Source: a virus. Taken from it: 64,000 nucleotides of DNA. The stretch is taken from positions 1 through 64,000 of the IMG/VR virus record IMGVR_UViG_3300027749_000070, one strand, 5' to 3'. A program made the position numbers and the translations under genes. This document shows, piece after piece, positions 50,261 through 60,378 of the stretch. The notes under the pieces are model-generated. The model did no database searches. It was given only the letters and a program-made list of their open reading frames with translations, and had not been told where the DNA came from. Each line of letters begins with the position of its first letter. The stretch's first letter is position 1.

Positions 50261-51922
50261 ATGGCTTCTAATCTCGGACTATTACAAACACAATCTCCAT
50301 TAAATTTTACATCAAATACTAATGATACTGATACAAAAACTGTTGGTGGATATGGTGTCATAGACACTAATACAAATAATCTAAAATCTTTATTCGGAAA
50401 ACATAGTTTTACACCATTTCCTGGTTCACCAAATGAAAGTGGCTATCCAGACAATAATAAATATAATAATAGAAATACAGATGAAAATAATGATACATCA
50501 ACAAGTTCTATTATCAACTTTACTAAACAAAAGGGTAATTCTGCTTTAGCACTGGATTATGCACATTTTGCTTATTTAAAAAATCTTGGAGTATATCCAA
50601 ACAATAGACTAATTATAGCTAGACGTTTTGCTAGTCCTGTTGGTAATGACTTGATCGCCATGGGAGCCAACGGAAGAGATTCTAATAATCCACTATCAAC
50701 ATTAATATCTTGGATGCCAGAAGGTGAAGATTTATTAGATATAAATTTTGGAGAAGTGTGGGATAGTGCACAAAGTTCTTTTAGCACACTTTTAAATAGT
50801 ATAGGTAAAGATATGACTCTAAGTAGCGACAATGCAAGCGGTATGTCAAATCTAGGTGGAGCAGCGGGTTCAGCTATGAATGCTGTACCTTTACCAGGTT
50901 TAACCGAAGCGATTCAAAGAAAGATGATAGTAAAATTAGGATTAGCTAAAGATGATAAAAGTGCAATTTTACCAGTAGGTGATCCAAATTTAATAAAGCA
51001 AGCAAAACAAAGACATATTGTAGGTAAAGATGAAGCTGGTAGTGGTCTAAAATGTGACTTTAAAATTAAAATGTCTGTTGAGTATGAACAAAAATATATA
51101 GATGGTATAGATCCAACTTTAGTTTATATGGATATAATAGCTAATGCTCTGAGCTTTGGAACATCTAATGCTAGATTTTTATTCAATTCTAATTTTGCTA
51201 CAAAAACAAGTAGTTTAATAAAAGATTTAATTAGTGGAGATCTAAGTGCTGTTGGTAGAGTATTAACAATTGTAGTTAAACAATTTGCTGAAGTTGTTAT
51301 AGGTTATGCGAAACAATTAAAAGATGCATTAAAAGGATTTGTAAACAAAGCTACCAAAGTAGCCACTGCAGCCACTGAAGCAGAAAAAACTGCCGCTGAT
51401 GATAGTTTAAAAAAAGCAGCACAAAAAGCAATCGACACGGCATTCAAATTCAGTGTTGGTGCTGTTATAGGTAAATATAAAGTAGCATTATTAGGTGTTG
51501 TCAACGCATTAACTGGTTCTCCTTCTGGATATTGGCACGTGACAATAGGTAATCCAAAAAGACCAGTTTTTAGCTCAGGTGATATGATAGTTGAAGATGT
51601 GCAATTAAAACTTGGACCAATATTATCTTGGAATGATTTACCATCTAGTATAAAAATAGACTTTACACTCTCAAATGCAAGAGCATTAGGTGCAGATGAA
51701 ATATATGCTAGATTCAATAGTAGCATGGCAAGAAATTATACAAGAGATCCAGATGTTAATCAAGCGAATGACGCCACATTAGGTATAACAAGTGATGAAG
51801 TTGAAAAAAAACCTGTTGAAAAAACACCTAATGGTCCCGCTCCATTAGCTCCTGCCCAAACAAATGCATTTCCAAATAGACCAGGTTATCCAGGATACAA
51901 CCCAAATTTACCCAATAGTTAA
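50261..51922 (+). CDS. Putative tail/baseplate structural protein
   Basis: Late promoter; WHVTIGNP..P....GDMIV..V.......DLP..IK..FTL resembles tube-initiator-like folds. Confidence 0.5.
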   Translation: MASNLGLLQTQSPLNFTSNTNDTDTKTVGGYGVIDTNTNNLKSLFGKHSFTPFPGSPNESGYPDNNKYNNRNTDENNDTSTSSIINFTKQKGNSALALDYAHFAYLKNLGVYPNNRLIIARRFASPVGNDLIAMGANGRDSNNPLSTLISWMPEGEDLLDINFGEVWDSAQSSFSTLLNSIGKDMTLSSDNASGMSNLGGAAGSAMNAVPLPGLTEAIQRKMIVKLGLAKDDKSAILPVGDPNLIKQAKQRHIVGKDEAGSGLKCDFKIKMSVEYEQKYIDGIDPTLVYMDIIANALSFGTSNARFLFNSNFATKTSSLIKDLISGDLSAVGRVLTIVVKQFAEVVIGYAKQLKDALKGFVNKATKVATAATEAEKTAADDSLKKAAQKAIDTAFKFSVGAVIGKYKVALLGVVNALTGSPSGYWHVTIGNPKRPVFSSGDMIVEDVQLKLGPILSWNDLPSSIKIDFTLSNARALGADEIYARFNSSMARNYTRDPDVNQANDATLGITSDEVEKKPVEKTPNGPAPLAPAQTNAFPNRPGYPGYNPNLPNS

Positions 51923-53575
51923 AGAGTTGCTACCATAAAGTTTTATATCTTCTGTCTCAATTATTTTTTCACCATCTAATTTAGACTTTAGTATATTTAT
52001 ATATTCAGATGCAAAGAATACCATTAAGTCTTCTGCTGTATTAATATACTTGTATGATAATGAACCATCTTCTTTATAATAAGGTATTGTTGTATTACCA
52101 TAATACTTATTAATAGCATCTCTTCTTTCGTCTAAGAAGTTTAAACCTTGTATATTTGTAATACTAGGATGTCCACCTGACATTATTTCAAGTATATTTA
52201 AACCAGGTATTTTAAAATTAGCAATTTCTTGCTTTTCATCAAATGTCCAGTTACTCCATAACTTATCCATTGTATTTTTAAGGAATTGAACATCTGAATT
52301 TTGCATATCTGTTACATCTAATTTAGCAACAGTTTTCAAATCTCCTGATTTACGATTTGGTTGATACCATATTTCTTCACCGTAGAACGTAACTAAATCA
52401 TTCCATTTAAAACCGATTGGGCTAAAATTAGCATACTTCTGCTTTAATTTATATGATTCAGCTTCTGCAATTTTCTTAATTGCGGTTATAGGTATTCTAA
52501 AATTAGATAAAGCTTCTTTATGTTTTGAAAACAATTCTTTAGTTAAAGAACCTAAATGTATATTTTCTATTTTTTCATTTTTAAATGGATTACCCGATAT
52601 CTGTATCAAACCCATTTTATAAATAGTACAAACCCAATTAGATTTTGGGAAGTTTCTAAATACTACATATCTATCATATGAACCTGTTTTAAACGTTTCG
52701 CCAATGTCAAATTGTTTGATGATTTTATATTTATCATCATATTCTAATTCTTTATTCTTAACAATGTCTTTACCTACTTTAACAAACTCTTTTCTAGATA
52801 AAACATAATTATGTAAATTCTCATTTATCTCTGTTTGAGTTGGTAATTTCACCGGATTATGATATGACTTTAAATCCATATTCCACTCATAAGAGATAGC
52901 GTTATTAATATAATGCATCAAATTAATATAAAGAGAATATAAACTTGGTTTGGAATCGGTTACTAAACACTCTAATAAGTTTCTATTATGATGATGTGTT
53001 TTACCGTCTAAACTATCTACCTTAATTCTTTTATTCTTTAAAGCTAATAACAATCTATTAACTACTAATCCTAGAAAGAACCTATTAGTTTCTGGCTCAG
53101 CATTTTTATTTAAATTAAAAATAGCTTTTTGTATTTGTTCAGGAGTAATACTATATTTAGCATAATCAGCGGAGTCAACCGTTTTAATTAATTCAATATC
53201 TAAATCTGTAAATACATCAGTAGAATTAATTTCTCCTGAAATGGTTTCAACATTTGAACGAGATTTCTTAAAATTAGTTGACATATTAGAATTAGCACCT
53301 GCCTGCTTATCATGGTGGTCTGTTGCTATAATAAACATGTCTTTCACATGTGCAAAATCAACAATAACAGGCAATCTACCTTCTTTTGTATTCTTAACGT
53401 TAAATTCTAATGAACCATATTGTATAATATGTGATTCAACTACTTTAATACCATGTGATTCTAAGTAGTTTTTCATGGCTAAATGCGAGCATACACCATC
53501 TAAATCTTGATGGAAATATATTTCAGCTTCTTTGTATTTATTAGCAATTTGCTTAATGTTTCTTATTCCTGACAT
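51908..53575 (-). CDS. DHH-family phosphoesterase
   Basis: HQDLDG, VDFAH, TDHH, SGGH; early promoter at 53596. Confidence 0.8.
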   Translation of the reverse strand: MSGIRNIKQIANKYKEAEIYFHQDLDGVCSHLAMKNYLESHGIKVVESHIIQYGSLEFNVKNTKEGRLPVIVDFAHVKDMFIIATDHHDKQAGANSNMSTNFKKSRSNVETISGEINSTDVFTDLDIELIKTVDSADYAKYSITPEQIQKAIFNLNKNAEPETNRFFLGLVVNRLLLALKNKRIKVDSLDGKTHHHNRNLLECLVTDSKPSLYSLYINLMHYINNAISYEWNMDLKSYHNPVKLPTQTEINENLHNYVLSRKEFVKVGKDIVKNKELEYDDKYKIIKQFDIGETFKTGSYDRYVVFRNFPKSNWVCTIYKMGLIQISGNPFKNEKIENIHLGSLTKELFSKHKEALSNFRIPITAIKKIAEAESYKLKQKYANFSPIGFKWNDLVTFYGEEIWYQPNRKSGDLKTVAKLDVTDMQNSDVQFLKNTMDKLWSNWTFDEKQEIANFKIPGLNILEIMSGGHPSITNIQGLNFLDERRDAINKYYGNTTIPYYKEDGSLSYKYINTAEDLMVFFASEYINILKSKLDGEKIIETEDIKLYGSNSLTIG

Positions 53576-53632
53576 TAATTTTTCGTTTGTTTCAACAAAG
53601 ATACTTATATTTATTGAATTTACAAAATATTT

Positions 53633-53932
53633 TTAATTTTTGTCTTTAATTTTGTCTAAAATAATTTTACGATAATTAGTTGAGCTTCTCATCCCAACCC
53701 ATTTACCCAGTACCGCACCTAAAATATAAACTACACCAACGAGCCAATTACCACCTAGTAGCATAGATAGAGAGTAATATGTAGAAGCTAATACTATTAA
53801 ATTCATTAAAATAGTATTTAACATTAGCTTTAATACTTTATTCTCATAAGTTAATCTAATTTCTTGAATCCTTAAAAGATTATAAAGAAATTGCAAAAAG
53901 AAAACGATAATATATTTATAAATAAGTTCCAT
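53633..53932 (-). CDS. Small three-TM membrane protein
   Basis: Three hydrophobic segments; YILGAVLGKWVGM. Confidence 0.6.
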   Translation of the reverse strand: MELIYKYIIVFFLQFLYNLLRIQEIRLTYENKVLKLMLNTILMNLIVLASTYYSLSMLLGGNWLVGVVYILGAVLGKWVGMRSSTNYRKIILDKIKDKN

Positions 53933-54720
53933 TACATTCTTGGGAGTGGGTAATATATTTTAAGAATATCTTTCAATTCATCTCTATTACTTGAATTAGC
54001 ATATACATTATACAAATTAACTTTATTAGTAAATGATTTAACAACTCTTTTCATCCTTTCAGGATCAATTTTCATAAATAACTTCGGCACATATGAATAA
54101 CCAAGAGCCGATCTCAATTCTTGATTCGTCATGTCATCAAATACTTTCTTACCTATAAGTTTAACCATTTCAACTGGATTTTGTGAATATTGTATTAATC
54201 CTTTTTTTTCACTATCAGTAATAATATTTAAAAACTCAGTTCCTTTTTGACCTAAAAGAGTTATTACTTCTTGTGGATTTCTACTTCTTCCTAATACTGA
54301 TTCTATAATTTGCCTATTAGCAATTTTAATAAACTTTGGATTTTGAAAAAACATTTTAATTATTGTATCAGTATATTCATCATCACGATCTATTATATGA
54401 CTCATCCCATAACTTAAACCACCACCATACTGTGATTTCCAATCAAATATACCAGCAGCACCCGCACTCTCATCATCGTATATTTCTACAAAATATACCT
54501 TATCAATTAATTTATTTACATACCATATTTGATTAGTATGTGAAAGTTCTTTAAAACTATCTATATCAAGATTCAAATTAGAATCGTCAGCTTGAAGATA
54601 TCTTAATTTGTCCTCTTCAGATAACTGATTATAATCTCGGTCTAAAATAGGATCATAATCTAATTCATGTGCTTCTTGAGCGTCTTCAAATATATCCTTA
54701 TATCTTTTTAAATGTTTCAT
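53932..54720 (-). CDS. Hypothetical protein with MKHLKRYKDIFE leader
   Basis: Helical-repeat-like C-terminus. Confidence 0.6.
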   Translation of the reverse strand: MKHLKRYKDIFEDAQEAHELDYDPILDRDYNQLSEEDKLRYLQADDSNLNLDIDSFKELSHTNQIWYVNKLIDKVYFVEIYDDESAGAAGIFDWKSQYGGGLSYGMSHIIDRDDEYTDTIIKMFFQNPKFIKIANRQIIESVLGRSRNPQEVITLLGQKGTEFLNIITDSEKKGLIQYSQNPVEMVKLIGKKVFDDMTNQELRSALGYSYVPKLFMKIDPERMKRVVKSFTNKVNLYNVYANSSNRDELKDILKIYYPLPRM

Positions 54721-55232
54721 ATAATGTTAAATCCAGGGTTTAAATACCAATCACTAGCAAACTTAATCATTTCTGGTGTGGTTAAATCTATTTTATTCAC
54801 CAATGTAACATCATTTTGATTAAATACATAAAGAGAATAAATACTTGGTCTTTCTCTTAATTTCAAAGCTTTAAATCCTAATGCTATAAATAAATCTTCA
54901 ATATCTTCATATTCAGGACAATCCATATTACCAAGTGATGACCAATCTAATTCATCCTCGGAGTTTCTAATAACACTTTCAAAAGATTCTTTAGTTAAAT
55001 TATTTCTTAATAAATTTCTGTGAGCAGGATTTGATATGGTAAAAATTTCGGTTTCTGGGAAATTTAAAGTAAATGCCCATAATTCTTTATGATCCGAAAA
55101 TGATATACCAAATCCCATATTATCTGTTAAATAGATATAATTACCACTATAAGGACGTCTTTCCGAGTCTCTACCATGATAATAAATCTTTTTATTACTT
55201 TCAAATAATCTATAAGGGGTTAAATGCTTCAT
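54717..55232 (-). CDS. ADP-ribosyltransferase-like protein with MKHL..Y..FES leader
   Basis: YYHGR, YIYLTD, LGF.....YVFN pattern of ART (PolyVal-like) domains. Confidence 0.5.
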   Translation of the reverse strand: MKHLTPYRLFESNKKIYYHGRDSERRPYSGNYIYLTDNMGFGISFSDHKELWAFTLNFPETEIFTISNPAHRNLLRNNLTKESFESVIRNSEDELDWSSLGNMDCPEYEDIEDLFIALGFKALKLRERPSIYSLYVFNQNDVTLVNKIDLTTPEMIKFASDWYLNPGFNII

Positions 55233-55233
55233 A

Positions 55234-55719
55234 TTAAAAATCTTCGTCTAATGTTAAATTGGTTTGTGGTTTATCTAAATTTTCAAATAAATCTTTTGAT
55301 TCTTTTAAAAATCTTTCTAAACCAAAATGTTTTGTTCTTAATCTTAATAATTCATCATATGTCATCCAACGAGCTTCATCATTTTCCCAATTTAAAATTG
55401 GTCTAAACTCATCATTAACTATTCCTATAAAATTATGATACTCAAAACTTCTTTCTCTAAATATAAATCCTTTAATTAAATTAACTTCTCCATTATATCC
55501 AGTTTCTTCTTCAAATTCTCTTTTAGCAGCTATTTCAATAGATTCATCAACACCTTCGTCGATATCTAACTTACCACCAAACCCACCCCACGTTAAACCT
55601 TCCATAACATACTTTGATCTTAGACCTATAAGAAATCTTTTTGATGTTTCACAAAAAGGAACTATACCAGCTCCAATTGTTCCCCAGCGTATATTTTCAA
55701 ATGTTAATAGATATTTCAT
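55234..55719 (-). CDS. NUDIX hydrolase with MKYLLTFEN leader
   Basis: WGGFGG....ESIEIAAKREFEEETG. Confidence 0.9.
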   Translation of the reverse strand: MKYLLTFENIRWGTIGAGIVPFCETSKRFLIGLRSKYVMEGLTWGGFGGKLDIDEGVDESIEIAAKREFEEETGYNGEVNLIKGFIFRERSFEYHNFIGIVNDEFRPILNWENDEARWMTYDELLRLRTKHFGLERFLKESKDLFENLDKPQTNLTLDEDF

Positions 55720-57077
55720 TATTTAAATCCTTTTTTATCTGATTTTTTATCATCTTCACCAAATTTAGTATCAAAGAAATTATCACCATCAGTCACTATT
55801 TTAGTAGTAGAACTTATATTAGCAAATTGACCCAATTTACCACTTCTAAATACACCACCTTGCATATTACCATTAAAATATCCATTCATAAAGAAAGAAT
55901 CTTTTACTTCGGAATTATCTACAACAGAGTTTAATATCTTTGAATTAATTATATCACCACCATTTACTTGACATTTTATTAATTGAGAATCATTTACTTT
56001 ACTATTAACTATTCTACAATTATCAAATATACCTTCTACTACACAATTTATAAAGTCAAAGTTATTAACATTCATTACACCTTTAACATTAGCATCAACT
56101 ACTTCTATTCTTTGCTCACCAGTTAACCAGTTTAATATACAATCTTTTAAACTATCAATACTTTCAATTAAAGTATATAACTTACTATACACTCTATTAT
56201 AGTAAGCATTAACAACGTTATAATCGGAAACTTGATCAACTTGTAATGTTATACTTGGGAAAGCTATAAGGAAATTATCATAATTTGAAAATGATTTGAA
56301 ATTAGAAATGTTCTTATCTAAATGCTTCTCCAATTCTTTTACCTCTGTTGGTGAAAATCCCTTATTAATAGAATCACTTACATTTAAAATAAATTTATCT
56401 AAGAAGTAAATTAAATCACCTATATTCTTTTCATAATCTTTACCACCAATATATCTAAATTCTAATCTTTGTTCACCTAACTCTTTATTCATATGCAAAA
56501 GATTTATACCATAATACTTATCCTCTGGAACTCTTATATTATTTTTCACAACATCAATTGGAATATTATTAAAATCATATTCTTTAAATGGTATAATTCT
56601 TTTTATAGATTTAGCATAAACGTTATTTTTTCTCGTTGGAAATGAACGATATATTTCGTCCTCATCTGTATTTAAAATCATTTTCAATACATTTAAATCT
56701 TTTAAATTTTTATCAACAAATGATATATTAAAGTGTATAGACGCTTTTTCATTAGTATAACCATAATCTTGAATGAATTTTAAGATTTTAACTAGATAAA
56801 ATTTAGCTTCAAAATAAGGAAGAGGACCAGTAATAACTTCGACCATGTTTGAACCACCAGATAAATCGGGTGTTAATAAAAATTTGGTTGCGTCTGGTTT
56901 CATATTTGGATGATAGTGTCTAAATCCATATATTTGAACTGGGCTCAGAATCTTATTCAATAATTCTAAGGTTTTATAAAAAGATAGTTCTTTTATATAA
57001 AACTCAAATTCAAACCCGATTACAGCTTGTTTTAATATGTCCGAATTATTAATAAATTCCTCTGTATATTTACGCAT
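55719..57077 (-). CDS. Putative amidoligase (COOH-NH2 ligase) with C-terminal beta-helix
   Basis: GFEFEF, PDLS, EVITGP, IHFNIS, KY..IN, RLEFR. Confidence 0.75.
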   Translation of the reverse strand: MRKYTEEFINNSDILKQAVIGFEFEFYIKELSFYKTLELLNKILSPVQIYGFRHYHPNMKPDATKFLLTPDLSGGSNMVEVITGPLPYFEAKFYLVKILKFIQDYGYTNEKASIHFNISFVDKNLKDLNVLKMILNTDEDEIYRSFPTRKNNVYAKSIKRIIPFKEYDFNNIPIDVVKNNIRVPEDKYYGINLLHMNKELGEQRLEFRYIGGKDYEKNIGDLIYFLDKFILNVSDSINKGFSPTEVKELEKHLDKNISNFKSFSNYDNFLIAFPSITLQVDQVSDYNVVNAYYNRVYSKLYTLIESIDSLKDCILNWLTGEQRIEVVDANVKGVMNVNNFDFINCVVEGIFDNCRIVNSKVNDSQLIKCQVNGGDIINSKILNSVVDNSEVKDSFFMNGYFNGNMQGGVFRSGKLGQFANISSTTKIVTDGDNFFDTKFGEDDKKSDKKGFK

Positions 57078-57173
57078 TTATTATATATTAATTATTACTA
57101 TTTCAAAATTTTAACTTTTTTTTAACAAAATTTTTATTTTTAGTTTTTTATTGTTATCTTTGATACAAGAACA

Positions 57174-58298
57174 ATGAAAAATATGACAAAAATATTAAAA
57201 GTTAATAATAATACATTCGAGCAAGGAGACGAAGTAACACTTATCATGGATAGTTATAGCCCAACTATATTACATGGTAATTTACATATTAGCGATAATG
57301 GCTATTATGTATGTCACAATAACGAAGACTATGATTACGATAATTCACCAGAAAAATATGGCAATAAATACGCTTACTATATTTATTATAGCGATGACGA
57401 AAGCTTACTCTACCACAAAATAGATATAGAATTACTATACACCGACGTTGATAGAGCCTTCAAAAAAGGTGTTAGAACTTTTTTACAATCACAATTACCC
57501 TACATATTTCCACTTTTTAATATAAAATTAGGTGTTATCGACAACTATGCTACTATAAAAGAGTCAGAAAAACAAGGATTCGTAGATTTAAGCTCTGGTA
57601 AACCAAGAAATAAAAAACTATCTACTAAATTAGGTAGACTAACTGGTAAATTAGCGGTTGCATTTGGTGATAAAGTTAAAGAAAATCAAAAAAATAGTGA
57701 ATTTAAACTAAAAGATGAAATTATAGAAAAAATCCACAATCAATGGATGTCATCACACGAATCAGTATTGAAGTATGAATTCCTAGGTGGTGAAGATATA
57801 TTAATTGGATATACTAAATCCAATTATGTAAATACTAAAGATAATAGAAAAAGTGTCTTACACAACTCTTGCATGGGTGATAAACAAGATTTACTTAAAA
57901 TATATACGCAAAATCCGGATAAAATATCTTTAATGGTATTTTATAATGAAGAAAAGAAAATAAATGGACGCTGTTTGATTTGGAAAGCAGATGATGGCAA
58001 TACCTATTTTGATAGAATATATTATATAAATGATTGGTTTGAATATTCAATGGAGAAAACTTGTGTTAATCTAGGATTCATTAAAATAAATGCTTCTAGA
58101 GTAGAGGCAAAGGTTAGTCTTCAAAATATAGATTTTAGAAATTATCCTTATTTAGATACATTCCATTTTATTTCTTTTAAAAAGAAAGCATTATATCATA
58201 ATCCACTTAATACATGGAAACTCAAATATGAACTAAGGACTACAACAGGACAGATATTTGAGAAAACAATAGATATACCCGAAATAGAATTAGAATAA
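57174..58298 (+). CDS. Conserved phage protein (SCM...GR.LIW...DRIY family)
   Basis: LHNSCM, GRCLIW, YFDRIY, YPYLDT; first gene of an early operon. Confidence 0.55.
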   Translation: MKNMTKILKVNNNTFEQGDEVTLIMDSYSPTILHGNLHISDNGYYVCHNNEDYDYDNSPEKYGNKYAYYIYYSDDESLLYHKIDIELLYTDVDRAFKKGVRTFLQSQLPYIFPLFNIKLGVIDNYATIKESEKQGFVDLSSGKPRNKKLSTKLGRLTGKLAVAFGDKVKENQKNSEFKLKDEIIEKIHNQWMSSHESVLKYEFLGGEDILIGYTKSNYVNTKDNRKSVLHNSCMGDKQDLLKIYTQNPDKISLMVFYNEEKKINGRCLIWKADDGNTYFDRIYYINDWFEYSMEKTCVNLGFIKINASRVEAKVSLQNIDFRNYPYLDTFHFISFKKKALYHNPLNTWKLKYELRTTTGQIFEKTIDIPEIELE

Positions 58299-58516
58299 TG
58301 AATTATAGGAATGCTTATATTAAATATGTAGAATCAGTTATAAATCCAGGAAGTTTTAATTCAATTGAAGATTATAGATTTTATTGTAATATAAAATCCA
58401 TAATAGAATTCGACTTCTTGGATATTGAATTATCAAAAGAAATATGTGAGAAAAGATGGGTAGATTTTTTCAAAAATCAAAAATTATTAGTATCTTGCAC
58501 TCAAAATAGAAATTAA
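58298..58516 (+). CDS. Hypothetical protein
   Basis: Translationally coupled ORF. Confidence 0.5.
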   Translation: MNYRNAYIKYVESVINPGSFNSIEDYRFYCNIKSIIEFDFLDIELSKEICEKRWVDFFKNQKLLVSCTQNRN

Positions 58517-58713
58517 TGAAAAAATACGCAATTACTACGCAATCCGAAAGCGGTGACGACTATATTTACTTTGTAATAACAGACAAAAAAATGGATGCCA
58601 ATTTAGCAAATACATTTCTTAAAGCACATGCTTACGACAAAGATGAAGATATGGTTTATGAAGCAGTAGTCACAATAAAAGAAATATGTGATGATAATTT
58701 CATAGAAATTTAA
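58516..58713 (+). CDS. Hypothetical protein
   Basis: Translationally coupled ORF. Confidence 0.5.
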   Translation: MKKYAITTQSESGDDYIYFVITDKKMDANLANTFLKAHAYDKDEDMVYEAVVTIKEICDDNFIEI

Positions 58714-58722
58714 AAATAAAAT

Positions 58723-59628
58723 ATGACAACAGTTGAACTTGGTGCTAAAGACACCATTGAGAAAATAAAGAACGGTAAATCTTATATAGAAACCTTCAAC
58801 GATTTAAACAATTGGTTAGCCGAATATAAAAAAATGGCTAAACTTATACACCCAGATATTTGTAATTTATCCGGTGCCAAAGAAGCTTTATCCAAACTTA
58901 ATTCATATAAAGACGAATTAGAAAAAGGTAAAACACACAAAGACGATGCCGGTATGGTTAATTATAAAATTAATCAAGTTAATATAACTGGTAATAAATT
59001 AGTTTTAGAAAACTCTTTAAAACATTATAATAAATTAATGTCTCTTAAAGATAAAATGGACTTAGACTTCCAACGTTATATACCAGAAAGCGCAAAACTA
59101 CAAATATCTGATGCAGATACTAATCTTAATCTACATATGAAATTAAGAGCTTTACCACTATCAGCATTAGATGTTTTACCACAAGGACATGTTAATTGGA
59201 TTCTTTCTAGAATGCTCGAATTTATCGCTTACATAAATAAAAAAGGATATGTTCATGCAGGCATTAACCCAGATTCAGTTTATGTTGAACCAGTTAATCA
59301 TGGTATAAATGTAATGTCTTTTTATCATATGACAGAACTAAATAAGAAACTATCAACTGCTTCTGGTAAATGGCTTTATATGTATCCAGATCATGTTAAA
59401 ATAGATAAACTTGCTAAAGCTGATATTGATATAGAATTGTGTAAAAGAACAGCAATATACCTATTAGGTGATAAATCAGGTATTGGAAATATATTAAGAA
59501 AAACACACTCTATACCATTTTTAGATTTTTGTCAAAAAAGACATACTGACCCAGTAGAAGCTTTCTTTGAATATAGAGAACTGTTAAGCAAAAACTTTGA
59601 AAAGAAATTTATACCACTAATAATATAA
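58723..59628 (+). CDS. J-domain plus degenerate protein-kinase-fold protein
   Basis: YKKMAKLIHPD (J-domain HPD); WILSRMLE....GYVHAGINPDSV (kinase catalytic-loop-like). Confidence 0.7.
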   Translation: MTTVELGAKDTIEKIKNGKSYIETFNDLNNWLAEYKKMAKLIHPDICNLSGAKEALSKLNSYKDELEKGKTHKDDAGMVNYKINQVNITGNKLVLENSLKHYNKLMSLKDKMDLDFQRYIPESAKLQISDADTNLNLHMKLRALPLSALDVLPQGHVNWILSRMLEFIAYINKKGYVHAGINPDSVYVEPVNHGINVMSFYHMTELNKKLSTASGKWLYMYPDHVKIDKLAKADIDIELCKRTAIYLLGDKSGIGNILRKTHSIPFLDFCQKRHTDPVEAFFEYRELLSKNFEKKFIPLII

Positions 59629-59630
59629 TT

Positions 59631-60107
59631 ATGACAGACAAAAATTTATCTTTCGCAGATTTATGGGATGCCGCTGATGAGTATATCCCTGATGTAGAAA
59701 AAACAAAAGAAGAAATTATAGAAGATTACCTTAAAGTAGGTAAAAGAAATCAATGGATATATCTTACTACCGAAGATGTTAAAAATGCTAAATCATTTGA
59801 TAATAAATTGTATTCTGAATACTATGAATATGATTGTGAAGAATTTATCGAAGATAAATTGGAAGATACACCAATAGGTGATAAAATCATATTCAAAAAT
59901 GAATATATGAATTTCAATAATGTTGTTGTGCATGAATATGCACAAGATGATGAAATCTATCTTTTAGTAGATGGCGAAGATAAGTTTATATTTCATGGAT
60001 ATGATACAAGGGTTATTAACCATTATGAAAATTTAATTATCTTCGGCGGTAAAGAAGAAGTTATTATCTATGATATAGATAAAAAACTACTAAAAAGATT
60101 AGACTAA
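59631..60107 (+). CDS. Hypothetical protein
   Basis: ORF within the operon. Confidence 0.5.
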   Translation: MTDKNLSFADLWDAADEYIPDVEKTKEEIIEDYLKVGKRNQWIYLTTEDVKNAKSFDNKLYSEYYEYDCEEFIEDKLEDTPIGDKIIFKNEYMNFNNVVVHEYAQDDEIYLLVDGEDKFIFHGYDTRVINHYENLIIFGGKEEVIIYDIDKKLLKRLD

Positions 60108-60373
60108 TGGTTATAAGTAAATTAAAAAAGCCTGATTTTTTACTAGACGAAAAACAAATAGAACAATATTTTTGTTGTTGTGTCCCAGGTAGAAGAGGTG
60201 AAGAACATTTAGACTTCTGCACTACACATGAAGAAAATAATGTAATAGATGGATATGCTTGGAATCTTTATTTAATTGATATAGATTATGAAGAGTATAA
60301 AAGAAGCTCAAATACCGAAAAATTAAGAAAAGAGTTAAAAACTCAAATAATAGAATTACTAAAAACTAAATAA
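60107..60373 (+). CDS. Hypothetical protein
   Basis: Coupled ORF containing CCC. Confidence 0.5.
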   Translation: MVISKLKKPDFLLDEKQIEQYFCCCVPGRRGEEHLDFCTTHEENNVIDGYAWNLYLIDIDYEEYKRSSNTEKLRKELKTQIIELLKTK

Positions 60374-60378
60374 AAATT

